Assembly (NCBI GenBank): GCA_011049175.1
Contig: DSCJ01000063.1
Location: forward strand, 5,504-69,503
Source of the DNA: Bacteroidota bacterium
Lineage (GTDB): Bacteria; Bacteroidota; Bacteroidia; Bacteroidales; VadinHA17
Direction: 5' to 3'
DNA length: 64,000 nucleotides
In this document: one piece after another, positions 18,243-27,548 of the stretch
Layout: every line of letters begins with the position of its first letter
Position numbering within the stretch: position 1 is the stretch's first letter
Program-made: the position numbers and the translations under genes
The notes under the pieces: generated by a model
Databases searched by the model: none
What the model was told of the DNA's origin: nothing
What the model saw: the letters and a program-made list of their open reading frames with translations, nothing else

Positions 18243-18977
18243 ATGAATATCTACCGGCAGATACAGGAAAGCAGGGAAAAGCAAAAGCTCTTTTCTGTTT
18301 TGATCGATCCCGACAGATACCAGCAAAGGGATTTGCTGAAAATGATCGATCAGTCGGTTGAAACCGGGGTGGATTTCTTTCTGGTTGGAGGAAGCCTGAT
18401 CTCCCATCCCATCGAGCCGGTTATCTCGCTGATCAAATCACACGGCAACATTCCGGTTCTGCTCTTCCCGGGCAGTTTACTGCAGATCAGCCCTGCAGCC
18501 GATGCCATCCTCCTGCTTTCCCTGATTTCCGGACGCAATCCCGAATTCCTGATCGGCAATCATGTAGTGGCAGCTCCCCTTTTGCACCGAACCCGGATGG
18601 AAATCATCCCCACCGGTTACATGCTGATCGGCAACCAAACATCCACTTCGGTTGAATACATCAGCAACACACGCCCCATCCCATCTGAAAAAACAGATAT
18701 TGCAGTGGCCACTGCCCTGGCCGGTGAGATGCTGGGACTGAAACTCATTTACCTGGAAGCCGGAAGCGGTGCACCCGGTACGGTACCCGGCGAAATGATC
18801 CGACAGGTTAAAGATCATATTTCTGTTCCTCTGATAGCGGGAGGTGGAATCCGGAGCGTCAAAACACTTGAATCGGTTTACCGGGCAGGGGCCGATATGG
18901 CGGTGGTAGGAAATGCTTTCGAAAACAAACCGGGCCTGCTGAAAGAAATGGCCGCCGTTAAACGCGATTTTCTCTGA
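18243..18977 (+). CDS. geranylgeranylglyceryl phosphate synthase family protein (PcrB/GGGPS)
   Basis: 244-aa TIM-barrel protein with the C-terminal phosphate-binding motif PLIAGGGIRS...AVVGNAFE. It starts 4 nt after the PPTase stop. Confidence 0.85.
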   Translation: MNIYRQIQESREKQKLFSVLIDPDRYQQRDLLKMIDQSVETGVDFFLVGGSLISHPIEPVISLIKSHGNIPVLLFPGSLLQISPAADAILLLSLISGRNPEFLIGNHVVAAPLLHRTRMEIIPTGYMLIGNQTSTSVEYISNTRPIPSEKTDIAVATALAGEMLGLKLIYLEAGSGAPGTVPGEMIRQVKDHISVPLIAGGGIRSVKTLESVYRAGADMAVVGNAFENKPGLLKEMAAVKRDFL

Positions 18978-19007
18978 TCGCCGGCAGCCACTGATATTTT
19001 CTTAATG

Positions 19008-19037
19008 CCGGTACTTCCAGCGTACCGGTTATTTTTT
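19008..19037 (+). terminator. rho-independent terminator after the PPTase-GGGPS pair
   Basis: ccggtac (19008-19014) pairs with gtaccgg (19022-19028). The following sequence is ttatttttta. Confidence 0.6.
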
Positions 19038-20025
19038 ATCCGTCACATTTCAGCACGTTCTCCACCTGGTATTTGGCATTCTCCAGGTACTGACCGTGCA
19101 TGGCCTTACGGTATGCCTCACAGGCTTTGGTCTTATCCCCCTTGGCCTGGTATGCGTTTCCCATATGGTAATAAAATCCGGCTCTGGCAGCGGCATCATC
19201 AGCCGACAACCCAATGCCTCTTTCCAGATACTGTATGGCTTTGTCAGGATCCCCCAGCTCATTGTTGATCTCTCCCAGTTTCAAAAAGATATCGGGATCG
19301 TTATTGCCATATTCAATACTCACATCGAAGTAGGCCTCAGCCTCACGGTATGCTTCATTCTGAAGAGCAGTCACACCGGCATTGTAATAACTGTTTCTGA
19401 CCGATTCCTCGGCCTCTCTCATGGTTTCGGCATCCCTACCGGCGCTCACTGCCATGGCCTGATCCATGGATTCCTTCATTTTTTCCAGGTCATCCAGCCC
19501 TTTGTACGCCAGGCCCCTGGCCATAAATGCCTTCCCGTAATTCGGATTCAATTCAATGGCTTTTTCAAGCTGGACAATAGCCCCTTCAAAATCCTTGTTT
19601 TTATACAACTCAATCCCTTTGGCATAGTACAATTGAGGGATGGCTGCCCGGGCTTTCCGGCCGGTTTCTTCATCTCCGTATTTCGAGGCGGACTCTGCAG
19701 CTTTTTCAAAGGCTTGAATAGCCCTGTCGAAATCCCTTTCTCTGTAATGGGTCATGGCCTGACTGAAGTAAACTCCGGGAACCCTGGCCAGAGCGGCCAC
19801 AGCCTTTCCCCGGGTGTCGGACCCTTCAGCCCCGAGTTGATCGGAAATCTCAATACACCTTTCAAAATGTATGGCTGCCAGATCGGGATCCGTTTTCAGT
19901 ATCTGAGCACCCTGATTGTATTCATTGATGGCATCGCTGAGGGATTGTGCACTCAAACCACCCGCCATACATAGTAATAAGCTCAGTGTGGTAATTCCTT
20001 TCAGCATGATCCTTGCTTTTTTCAT
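19036..20025 (-). CDS. tetratricopeptide repeat protein (secreted)
   Basis: A signal peptide (MKKARIMLKGITTLSLLLCMAGGLSAQ) is followed by repeated TPR-like A..Y....G/A..A...F.KA units. Confidence 0.8.
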   Translation of the reverse strand: MKKARIMLKGITTLSLLLCMAGGLSAQSLSDAINEYNQGAQILKTDPDLAAIHFERCIEISDQLGAEGSDTRGKAVAALARVPGVYFSQAMTHYRERDFDRAIQAFEKAAESASKYGDEETGRKARAAIPQLYYAKGIELYKNKDFEGAIVQLEKAIELNPNYGKAFMARGLAYKGLDDLEKMKESMDQAMAVSAGRDAETMREAEESVRNSYYNAGVTALQNEAYREAEAYFDVSIEYGNNDPDIFLKLGEINNELGDPDKAIQYLERGIGLSADDAAARAGFYYHMGNAYQAKGDKTKACEAYRKAMHGQYLENAKYQVENVLKCDG

Positions 20026-20081
20026 CGTTTTTCAGTTTGTTGATAATTTGTTGATGTTTGTATCTGTTAATGAACAGCCAG

Positions 20082-20089
20082 CAAATATA
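20082..20089 (-). promoter_or_regulatory. candidate -7 promoter element (TAnnTTTG) for the TPR gene
   Basis: The reverse complement of caaatata is tatatttg. It lies about 57 nt upstream of ATG 20025. Confidence 0.3.
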
Positions 20090-20146
20090 GAAAGATATTG
20101 TAAAAAATGAAATTATTGCTCTCTCATACCGAAACCACCCGCCAGT

Positions 20147-21313
20147 TCACTCCATGTCAAGAATAAACCTGTATTGCGTGGTTGATTCGGCCAGTTTTCC
20201 ATATTCTCTGGCCGATGCTCTATCCCCATCCCGGCGGCTGATCCTTGCCAGCCCGGCATATGCCACCGCCAGATAGGTATTTACCCACACTCCAAATACC
20301 TTGCCATTTTCTATTCCGGTAAGATATTTATCACGCGACATTTCCGGGTCGTTGAATACTTTCTCGTAAATATACCCGTCGAAAATGTTCAGCACCATGG
20401 TTACAAAAGGATGATGCGGGTATTGCCGCCTCAGCACATTCATTACTTCAGCACACTCACGGGTTTGCCCGATGGCCATAAGATTCAGCAGGAGACGGCT
20501 GCGGTAAAAATAATTATCCGGATAATCGTCAACCAGTTTTCTGATATACTCCAGTGAACGGTCCGGATCATCCTCGTAGCTCAGATAAAGATGATTAAGA
20601 AACTGAAGGGCTTCGTTTTTCAGGTAAATGCCCTCCTCGGCCACCGTTTCAAGCATCCTTAGCCCCCGTTGCATATCCCCCCGGGGAAACAACAGCGCCA
20701 GCGGCCGGTAAACCGGGTACATTCTGGGATACGCTTCGATATAATAATTATATAATCCGGTGGTGAACATGAACTCACCAAATTGCTCCTGCAGTTTAAA
20801 TCCCTTTTTCAGCGACCGGTAGGAAGGGGAAAGATAAGGAATTACTTTCCCGGTAAGTCCGTTATCGGCATAATACATCATCAGCATACCCTGCCCCACC
20901 AGATCGAAGAATACCCCTTCCACCTCCATGGGATCATCGGCCATTCTTTTTCCGGCCAGTTCTACAGCCTCTTCCAGTTTTACCTGGTAATTCTCCGATT
21001 CCGGATGATCCGGGGTTAGCGGCAAATTCTTCCAGTAAATGATCAGGGCTTCAAGAAAAGGTCCTGCAGGATGCTGCGGATGTTCTTTCCGGAATGAAAC
21101 AGCATATTCAACGGCACGGTCAAAACGGAAACTATAAATATCATCCAGGCATTGCTCCATAGCCACCATGGTAGCGGAATCGCCCAGAATACCATACCGG
21201 GCATGAACCGAACCTGTCAGCATAAACCAAACGGCCAACCATACCCACACCCTGAACAGGCCCGACAGGCCCTTTCTTCCCATCTTTTTGTATATTTTCC
21301 TCTCCGAAACCAT
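20147..21313 (-). CDS. hypothetical membrane-anchored/secreted helical-repeat protein
   Basis: No family was recognised; the composition is helical and TPR-like. ATG 21313 (MVSERKIYKKMGRKGLSGLFRVWVWLAVWFMLTGSVHA) was chosen. The track start at 21355 is a TTG lying inside an AT-rich promoter-like stretch. Confidence 0.6.
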   Translation of the reverse strand: MVSERKIYKKMGRKGLSGLFRVWVWLAVWFMLTGSVHARYGILGDSATMVAMEQCLDDIYSFRFDRAVEYAVSFRKEHPQHPAGPFLEALIIYWKNLPLTPDHPESENYQVKLEEAVELAGKRMADDPMEVEGVFFDLVGQGMLMMYYADNGLTGKVIPYLSPSYRSLKKGFKLQEQFGEFMFTTGLYNYYIEAYPRMYPVYRPLALLFPRGDMQRGLRMLETVAEEGIYLKNEALQFLNHLYLSYEDDPDRSLEYIRKLVDDYPDNYFYRSRLLLNLMAIGQTRECAEVMNVLRRQYPHHPFVTMVLNIFDGYIYEKVFNDPEMSRDKYLTGIENGKVFGVWVNTYLAVAYAGLARISRRDGDRASAREYGKLAESTTQYRFILDME

Positions 21314-21352
21314 AAAATATTCTTTTATTTTATTGATTTTTATTTGAATAAT

Positions 21353-21360
21353 CAAAATTA
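21353..21360 (-). promoter_or_regulatory. candidate -7 promoter element (TAnnTTTG)
   Basis: The reverse complement of caaaatta is taattttg. It lies 40 nt upstream of ATG 21313. Confidence 0.3.
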
Positions 21361-21414
21361 TTTTTTTTATTTTGTTAAGATAAATGTAAATTATTTTTAA
21401 TTACTTTTTTCTGC

Positions 21415-21699
21415 ATGGATAAGAAATTACCGGTGTCCTGTCCTGCCTGTGGGAACGAGCTGGAGGTAAAAACTTTATTCTGCCCTGCCTGTGAAACCAC
21501 GGTATCGGGATTGTATGAGCTCCCTCTGCTGTCCAGTTTGCGGGATGAAGATCAGCTCTTCATCATTGACTTTATTAAAAACAGCGGCAATTTGAAAATA
21601 ATGGCAAAGAACATGGGGCTCAGCTATCCCACGGTCAGGCATTTGCTCGACGGGATTATCCGCCGGATCAAGGAACAGGAAACACACCATAAAATCTGA
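21415..21699 (+). CDS. DUF2089 domain protein (zinc ribbon + HTH)
   Basis: CPACGNEL...CPACET forms a zinc ribbon. It is followed by an HTH-like segment, IMAKNMGLSYPTVRHLL. Confidence 0.8.
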   Translation: MDKKLPVSCPACGNELEVKTLFCPACETTVSGLYELPLLSSLRDEDQLFIIDFIKNSGNLKIMAKNMGLSYPTVRHLLDGIIRRIKEQETHHKI

Positions 21700-21743
21700 G
21701 CGACACGTTTCAGATTTCCCACATGAAGAACTGTGCTCTGCTT

Positions 21744-22460
21744 TCAATAAATTCCTATCTGCAATCCAAAAGTCCACCGGGGAAGATCAGGATATGCCGG
21801 ATAATCTTTTCCTGTAAGCATGGATAACCGGTACTGAACCGTTAGCAAATACCTGTTCCTTCCCACACGCACATTTGCCCCGTAAAAAAACGAATTCAGA
21901 TATTTCAGTTTTTTATATACGGTTTTACTCTTCACCGCTTCAAAGGCCGGATCGATGCCGGTATCAAACACCACATGTTTCCCCTCAACCAGCCATGCCG
22001 CATCGGCTCCCAAATCGATAAATGTTCCCATATAATCGCCGCGTTTCCCGGAATTAATACGGAAATACAAACCGGCCACCGCCTGATGGAGAATAAGTAA
22101 TTCCTTTTCATGAAGCCGGCTATTGGGAAATATTTTCTCCGAGTTCTGGTCCAGGTCAAAACTGGTTTTACGGTACTCCAGATCATATCCGCCGGAAAGG
22201 ACTTCAGTGAATTTATACTTATATCTCCTTCCCGCTACGACCTGTCTCGATCGTATATACCGGATGTCTGCCCCTTCAAACTCGGAGGGTCCGGCCGGAA
22301 ACCCGTACCCCAGATAAAAATGGCTGAAGCGGCGGCTGTTGCGCCCAAAATCCGTACGCCGGGGTAGTTCCACTTCTTTCTCCAGCAGCACTTCCTGGGA
22401 AAAGGCTTCCCTAACCGGAAAAAGAAAAATGATGATAAGGATGAAAATCAGAGGTTTCAT
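21744..22460 (-). CDS. hypothetical outer-membrane beta-barrel-like protein
   Basis: A signal peptide (MKPLIFILIIIFLFPVREAFSQ) is followed by alternating beta-strand patterning and a C-terminal aromatic residue (..GLQIGIY). ATG 22460 overlaps the S8 peptidase stop as ATGA. An alternative ATG lies at 22487. Confidence 0.55.
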   Translation of the reverse strand: MKPLIFILIIIFLFPVREAFSQEVLLEKEVELPRRTDFGRNSRRFSHFYLGYGFPAGPSEFEGADIRYIRSRQVVAGRRYKYKFTEVLSGGYDLEYRKTSFDLDQNSEKIFPNSRLHEKELLILHQAVAGLYFRINSGKRGDYMGTFIDLGADAAWLVEGKHVVFDTGIDPAFEAVKSKTVYKKLKYLNSFFYGANVRVGRNRYLLTVQYRLSMLTGKDYPAYPDLPRWTFGLQIGIY

Positions 22461-24049
22461 AGATCGGAATTTTCTGCAGACAGGCATCTGATTTGCCCTC
22501 TGTAATAAACACGCAAAAAATCATCCGGGTTCAGTGCCTTTAAGGAAATTACCAGGGGGATGCTGTCTGATACCTCAATTACAGCATATTTCTTCAGTAA
22601 ACCTCCGGGACTTGCTATATGATAATACAGATAGGAGGGGATTTTTTCGGTTGAATCCGGTGGTATTTCCCTGATCTTCACAGCCAGGCTTTCTTCATTT
22701 GCCAGTATTGTGAACGACGTCATACGGTCCTCTTTTTTTCGCGAAAAATACGAGGCCTGAGGAATACCATACCCGTGGGCATAATCGTAATAAGGATATA
22801 AATGACCCGATCGCTCCATAGCATGCAACAGCTCCATGTTGTTCCATTCGGGATGCATTTGCATGACACAGGCGGCAAACCCCGTCACCAGCGGAGCAGA
22901 AAAACTGGTTCCGTAAGCTGCTTTCACTTTCCTTCTCCCCGCTGCGGCCGCCCGTGCAGGAGCACAGACATTGGGCTTGAGCCGGCCGTCGGCAGAAGGT
23001 CCGAAAGAACTGAATGCCATATGCCGGCCGGTATAAGGATCGACACCTCCCACCGACAGGATACTGTCGGCATCGGCCGGTGCTCCGAGGATTTCCCACC
23101 GGGACGCACCGGCATTACCCATGGCGTTCACCACCAGAATGCCTTTTCGCGCTGCCAGGGTGGCTGCCCGCGAAACCATGGCTATCCGGCCGTTCATTTC
23201 ATCCGGGAAATACCGGTGATATGTGTAACCCAGTGAACTGTTGATAATATCCACCCCGTGACGGTCAGCCCATTCCATAGCACATACCCAGTTTACTTCT
23301 TCAGAAAAAGGTTCGCCCCACTGCTCGGTCCGCGCCAGCAGGAATTCAGCCCCTGTTGCCAGCCCCAGGGTCCATTCGCTGTTCATTCCCGCTATGCATG
23401 AAAGAACCATGGTCCCGTGAACGTTCCCTGAAAAAACATCATCTGTCCCTTTTACAAAATCATGGGTGGCTACAATCCGTCCCTCTTCTCTGATATGGGC
23501 AAACAGGGGGTGATAATCCACTCCCGGGAATCCGGCGTCAAATAACGCAATTCTCACACCCCTTCCGTCTATTCCCAGGCTGTCGAACACTTCACCTTCC
23601 ATCAGAGCGAGCTGCTGTTTCGCCAGTTTCCCTTCTTTCCCTGACCAGGGAAACTCCTGTGGAAAAGCTTTCAGAGAAGAAGTCGTTAAATGCATTACAG
23701 GTTCAATGGAAGCTACAAAGGGCAGCCGGCTCAGCTCCTGTTGTTCCTTTCTGCCGGCATGCACGGTAACGGCATTCAGCCAGCGGCTCACATTCTTCAC
23801 CCGGCCGGCGACCTCCTCCACCCGGCGAATGTAATCGACCGAAACCGGCAGATCGGTTTCATCATACAGGGGCAATCCCTGCCTGACCCGCCTTTGCACT
23901 GAATGTGGGTCAAAATATTCCACGGGATCAAAATATCCGGAGGGCTTGTCGGAAAAGACCACCCATACCTTTTCTTTCCCCTGGGCAAACAATGATGCGG
24001 ATAACAGCAGAAAAAGCAAGAAAATCAATATACTGACCACCTGTTTCAT
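22457..24049 (-). CDS. S8 family (subtilisin-like) serine peptidase, secreted
   Basis: A signal peptide is present. The catalytic triad contexts are LFDAGF (Asp), HGTMVLS (His) and GTSFSAP (Ser). Confidence 0.9.
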   Translation of the reverse strand: MKQVVSILIFLLFLLLSASLFAQGKEKVWVVFSDKPSGYFDPVEYFDPHSVQRRVRQGLPLYDETDLPVSVDYIRRVEEVAGRVKNVSRWLNAVTVHAGRKEQQELSRLPFVASIEPVMHLTTSSLKAFPQEFPWSGKEGKLAKQQLALMEGEVFDSLGIDGRGVRIALFDAGFPGVDYHPLFAHIREEGRIVATHDFVKGTDDVFSGNVHGTMVLSCIAGMNSEWTLGLATGAEFLLARTEQWGEPFSEEVNWVCAMEWADRHGVDIINSSLGYTYHRYFPDEMNGRIAMVSRAATLAARKGILVVNAMGNAGASRWEILGAPADADSILSVGGVDPYTGRHMAFSSFGPSADGRLKPNVCAPARAAAAGRRKVKAAYGTSFSAPLVTGFAACVMQMHPEWNNMELLHAMERSGHLYPYYDYAHGYGIPQASYFSRKKEDRMTSFTILANEESLAVKIREIPPDSTEKIPSYLYYHIASPGGLLKKYAVIEVSDSIPLVISLKALNPDDFLRVYYRGQIRCLSAENSDL

Positions 24050-24058
24050 GGGTACATC

Positions 24059-25711
24059 TTAACGAGAAATGAGGCCTGGCAGAGGTTCTTCCATATTGCC
24101 GTTCGGATAGGAAATATTCATCAGGAAAGCCACGGTGGAAGACAGCCCTGTCATATCCACCGGTTCGGAGATCACCGTGCGTGGGATCTTCCACCCGTAC
24201 CACACAAGGGGCACATGTGAATCATACCGGTAGGCCGTACTGTTTCTTGACACATCCCCGTTCCGGAAAATCCAGCCCGGTTCCAGACTCAGGATCACAT
24301 CCCCCGAACGTTTCTGGTTGTACCCGTTCTGGATTCGCTGCAGCATCCCGCTGCCGAAATAATTGCTTTCGAGTGTTGTGGAGGTAACAGCCCGTGCAAC
24401 ACCCGAAATCTGAACCATAAACCTGGCTACGCGGTTTTGTACTTCTTCGAGCGATATTTTTGAATCCTCTATCAACTGCCGGTTGAGGAATATCTGCTGG
24501 TCAACCACCGCATCCACCCAGTTGCCGTTTCCGTATATTACATTCAGGTATGCTCTGAGCAGGGTAACCGCCCCGTTCAGATTAAAAAAACCACCGGGTA
24601 TTCTGAGCGTTTCCAGGTAGGCCGGACTGGCTGACACCCCGTGATTAGAAGTAAGGTAAACCAGCACATTCTTTTTGCCGACCTGCCGGTCGAGAAACTC
24701 CAGAAAATGTTCCAGGTCGCGGTCAAGCCTCAGGTATATATCCTGCATTTCCATTGAATTGGGGCCGAATAGTTTCCCCACTTCTCCCGGGGAATTAAAT
24801 GCCACTGTCAGCAGATCGGGAAATTCATCCTCACCAAGCTGTTCGGAAACAATCAGGGAAACAGCAAAATCTTTTGTATAGGTATTTCCAAACGGCACGC
24901 AGCCAAGCAATCCGTAATCCCGTTCCCTTCGTCTGACCCGGCTGATACGGTCCAGATCATAGGGAAAAACATGCCGGCCGCCCAGGCCCGTTTCATAACC
25001 ACACGAATCGGGAAGGCTTTCTGCATAGCTTTCCACAGGATACAGGGGTTCCCATTTTCTTTCGAGGTACAGGCTAGGAAATTCTTTTTCATTGAATTCT
25101 CTCACCCATTGCGGCAGGGAATCGAGATACCAGGTACTGCTCATCCAGGTTCCGGTAGACGCGTCGAACCAGTATGCCGCATTGGCCGTATGACCTGCCG
25201 ATAAGATGGCAGCATGCTCTTTCATCCCCACCCCGAATACCTTCGACCGCATATTGAAGTACATTCTCAGCTCATCACCCAGGGTGGTGGCAATGAGATG
25301 CACAGGTGAATGCATTCCGTTCTCATAGCTACCCCCTACGGCTTTCACCCCCTCATCCTGAGTACAGTATATTTTTTCCTTCTGCAAACGTTTGTACCAT
25401 TCGTCGGCGATTATCCCGTGAGAGGCTGGCATGGAACCGGTGGATATGGTGGCATAGCCGGTAGCCGAATAGGTATTCAGGTAACCGAACCGGGCATTTT
25501 TGCAAAAAGTTCCCTCGTCGATCAACCGGCGAAATCCTCTTTCACCGAATTTATCCCAGTAACGGTAAATATAATCATACCGCATCTGGTCCACCACAAT
25601 GCCCACGATCAGCTTCGGCCGCTCGGGGGGTACTGTAAGAGAAGACTGTGAAAAAAGCGGGATGAACGGAGGCAAACAAAACACCAACACGGAAATAATC
25701 CTTCTGAGCAT
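24059..25711 (-). CDS. alkaline phosphatase / nucleotide pyrophosphatase family protein (PafA-like)
   Basis: VVDQMRYD and YSATGYATISTGSMPASHGI are the metal and nucleophile motifs of the AP superfamily. ATG 25711 gives the signal peptide MLRRIISVLVFCLPPFIPLFSQ. The track start at 25777 is a TTG. Confidence 0.8.
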   Translation of the reverse strand: MLRRIISVLVFCLPPFIPLFSQSSLTVPPERPKLIVGIVVDQMRYDYIYRYWDKFGERGFRRLIDEGTFCKNARFGYLNTYSATGYATISTGSMPASHGIIADEWYKRLQKEKIYCTQDEGVKAVGGSYENGMHSPVHLIATTLGDELRMYFNMRSKVFGVGMKEHAAILSAGHTANAAYWFDASTGTWMSSTWYLDSLPQWVREFNEKEFPSLYLERKWEPLYPVESYAESLPDSCGYETGLGGRHVFPYDLDRISRVRRRERDYGLLGCVPFGNTYTKDFAVSLIVSEQLGEDEFPDLLTVAFNSPGEVGKLFGPNSMEMQDIYLRLDRDLEHFLEFLDRQVGKKNVLVYLTSNHGVSASPAYLETLRIPGGFFNLNGAVTLLRAYLNVIYGNGNWVDAVVDQQIFLNRQLIEDSKISLEEVQNRVARFMVQISGVARAVTSTTLESNYFGSGMLQRIQNGYNQKRSGDVILSLEPGWIFRNGDVSRNSTAYRYDSHVPLVWYGWKIPRTVISEPVDMTGLSSTVAFLMNISYPNGNMEEPLPGLISR

Positions 25712-25826
25712 GCTTTCGTATTTACGGGTTTGCAAATCAGGAAGGCAGGCAAAAATCCCCGGGACCTTCCCCTGCAAATATAATCATTGCATGGATGCTA
25801 ATTTTCAATTGCGGATATTCTCCGGT

Positions 25827-27545
25827 TTATTTCAGGAATATTTTCATGGAAAAATTCCCTTCCGGTCCGCTAACCACCATAACATACATTCCTGTCATAT
25901 CCGGAGGCAAGGGAAATTCCAGATCTCCTTCCCCGTTTTCCAGAAATACCTCTCCCACCATTTGTACCGGCCGGCCTGTCAGAGTATACAGGATAAACCG
26001 ATAAATCCCCCCCTTCCCGATATGGTACTCAAACCGCAATGCCCCGCGGGGCGGATTTTCCACCAGCCCGAAAAAGAATGTGGAATCAGGAGGTGAAGGT
26101 GATTGAACCGGGACCATGCGGACATCCAGTCTGGTCTGCTGCCGGTTCCACACCTGAACGGGAATTTCCACGGGTTCATATCCCCCGGCAGTAAACACCA
26201 TATCCCAGCTATCTTCCGGCAGTAACCTGACATAGAATCCGTTGAGTGAATCGCTGAACACATGGGACCCCAGACTGTCATGCCCGGGAATGGTAATTTG
26301 GGCGGCCACCGGATCACCGGTAAACGCATCGGTTACAAAACCATGTACTCCGAAATATGCCTGCTCAAGGTAATTCAGCAGGGAACGACGGTTATATTCC
26401 CAATAAAGCGGGAGTGTAGCCGGATCAGGGAATTTCGTGTTCGAAAGTTCAATGGTCACCTCCCTTCCATGCAGGAAATAAGTCACGTAATCCTGCCGGC
26501 CTCCGGTAATGGAGTACCATTCGGCCCCGTTGGTGATTCCATTATCCGACCAGGAAGGGTTCATGTATCCTTCCGGACCGTACAGGTGAACGGTATCGGC
26601 ATATTCATGGCCGATAGATTGAAACCACAACTGGTCGGGATGGACCTTGACAGACGGATACCAGGTATCCCACGGATAATTCACTACTTCGGCCCCCTCG
26701 TGAAAATTGGCTGATAAACAGGCTTTCAGGGTATCCATAAACGCCATCATCGCCAGTGTCTCCTCCTGATAGGGACCACCGGGGTTTTCCCCTACCCGCG
26801 GATCGGGGAAATTCCGGTTCAGATCGAAGTCGTTGTCGTTGTACCTGCGGGGATTGGTGATCTCGCCCGAGGGAGAATTGTAGTAGGTACCGTCGGGGTT
26901 GGCCAGGGGATTGATCCATATTTCCAGGCTGTCAACCAGGGCTGTGACCTGCGGATCATGGCCATAGCCGGTGAGCAAGGTATCGATCAGGCGCAGCATC
27001 AGCACATATCCCACAGTTTCATTCCCATGCATGGTAGAAGAATATAATACCACCGGTTCGGCTTCTTTTTCCTCCACATGGTCGGAAATTTTCACGAACA
27101 GGATATCCCGGTTGCCAACCGATTTCCCGGCCTTTACCAGGCGGCACAGGTTGGGATGGCTGGTTTCAAATGCCTGCATCATATCCAGGTACTCCGAATA
27201 GGAAGGATACGACTCCCAGGCAGCGAGGGATTTGGTTTCCGGAACCGGACGTATAACAGGCGGAATGACCCGGAAAGGCAGATCCAGGGTTAAGAATTCA
27301 CGGAATTGCTGAGGATTGGCATAAGCCCTTACCGAATTTCCCTTCACAGCGTCGATGGAAAGGATCCCAGACAGGTGTTCCGGTAATCCGGGCCCGGGCA
27401 CCTCAAATTCGATGCATACCTCATTCCTGGTCTCCAGCAGGCTGAGAGCCTGTCTGAGCGAAGTGTCCCTGTCCTGTGCACTCATCCGGACATTCAGGAC
27501 AAGCAACATGCAGAGGCAGAAAGCAAATGAAGATCGAAATATCAA
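25827..27545 (-). CDS. M14 family zinc carboxypeptidase with C-terminal T9SS sorting domain
   Basis: The zinc-ligand context is STMHGNETVG. A carboxypeptidase-regulatory-like beta domain is present. The last ~80 aa (..GIYRFILYTLTGRPV...GMYVMVVSGPEGNFSMKIFLK) resemble a type A T9SS CTD. The start appears to be a TTG, 3 nt after the ychF stop. Confidence 0.8.
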   Translation of the reverse strand: MIFRSSFAFCLCMLLVLNVRMSAQDRDTSLRQALSLLETRNEVCIEFEVPGPGLPEHLSGILSIDAVKGNSVRAYANPQQFREFLTLDLPFRVIPPVIRPVPETKSLAAWESYPSYSEYLDMMQAFETSHPNLCRLVKAGKSVGNRDILFVKISDHVEEKEAEPVVLYSSTMHGNETVGYVLMLRLIDTLLTGYGHDPQVTALVDSLEIWINPLANPDGTYYNSPSGEITNPRRYNDNDFDLNRNFPDPRVGENPGGPYQEETLAMMAFMDTLKACLSANFHEGAEVVNYPWDTWYPSVKVHPDQLWFQSIGHEYADTVHLYGPEGYMNPSWSDNGITNGAEWYSITGGRQDYVTYFLHGREVTIELSNTKFPDPATLPLYWEYNRRSLLNYLEQAYFGVHGFVTDAFTGDPVAAQITIPGHDSLGSHVFSDSLNGFYVRLLPEDSWDMVFTAGGYEPVEIPVQVWNRQQTRLDVRMVPVQSPSPPDSTFFFGLVENPPRGALRFEYHIGKGGIYRFILYTLTGRPVQMVGEVFLENGEGDLEFPLPPDMTGMYVMVVSGPEGNFSMKIFLK

Positions 27546-27548
27546 TAG

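Noticed and set aside
21744-22460. The beta-barrel protein downstream of the S8 peptidase might be a PorP/SprF-type T9SS partner of a type B CTD cargo.
   Set aside because: The N-terminus lacks the QQDP.FSQY-type PorP/SprF signature. The S8 C-terminus does not resemble the type B (gliding-associated) CTD as I remember it. The pairing is kept only as a low-interest coupling observation.
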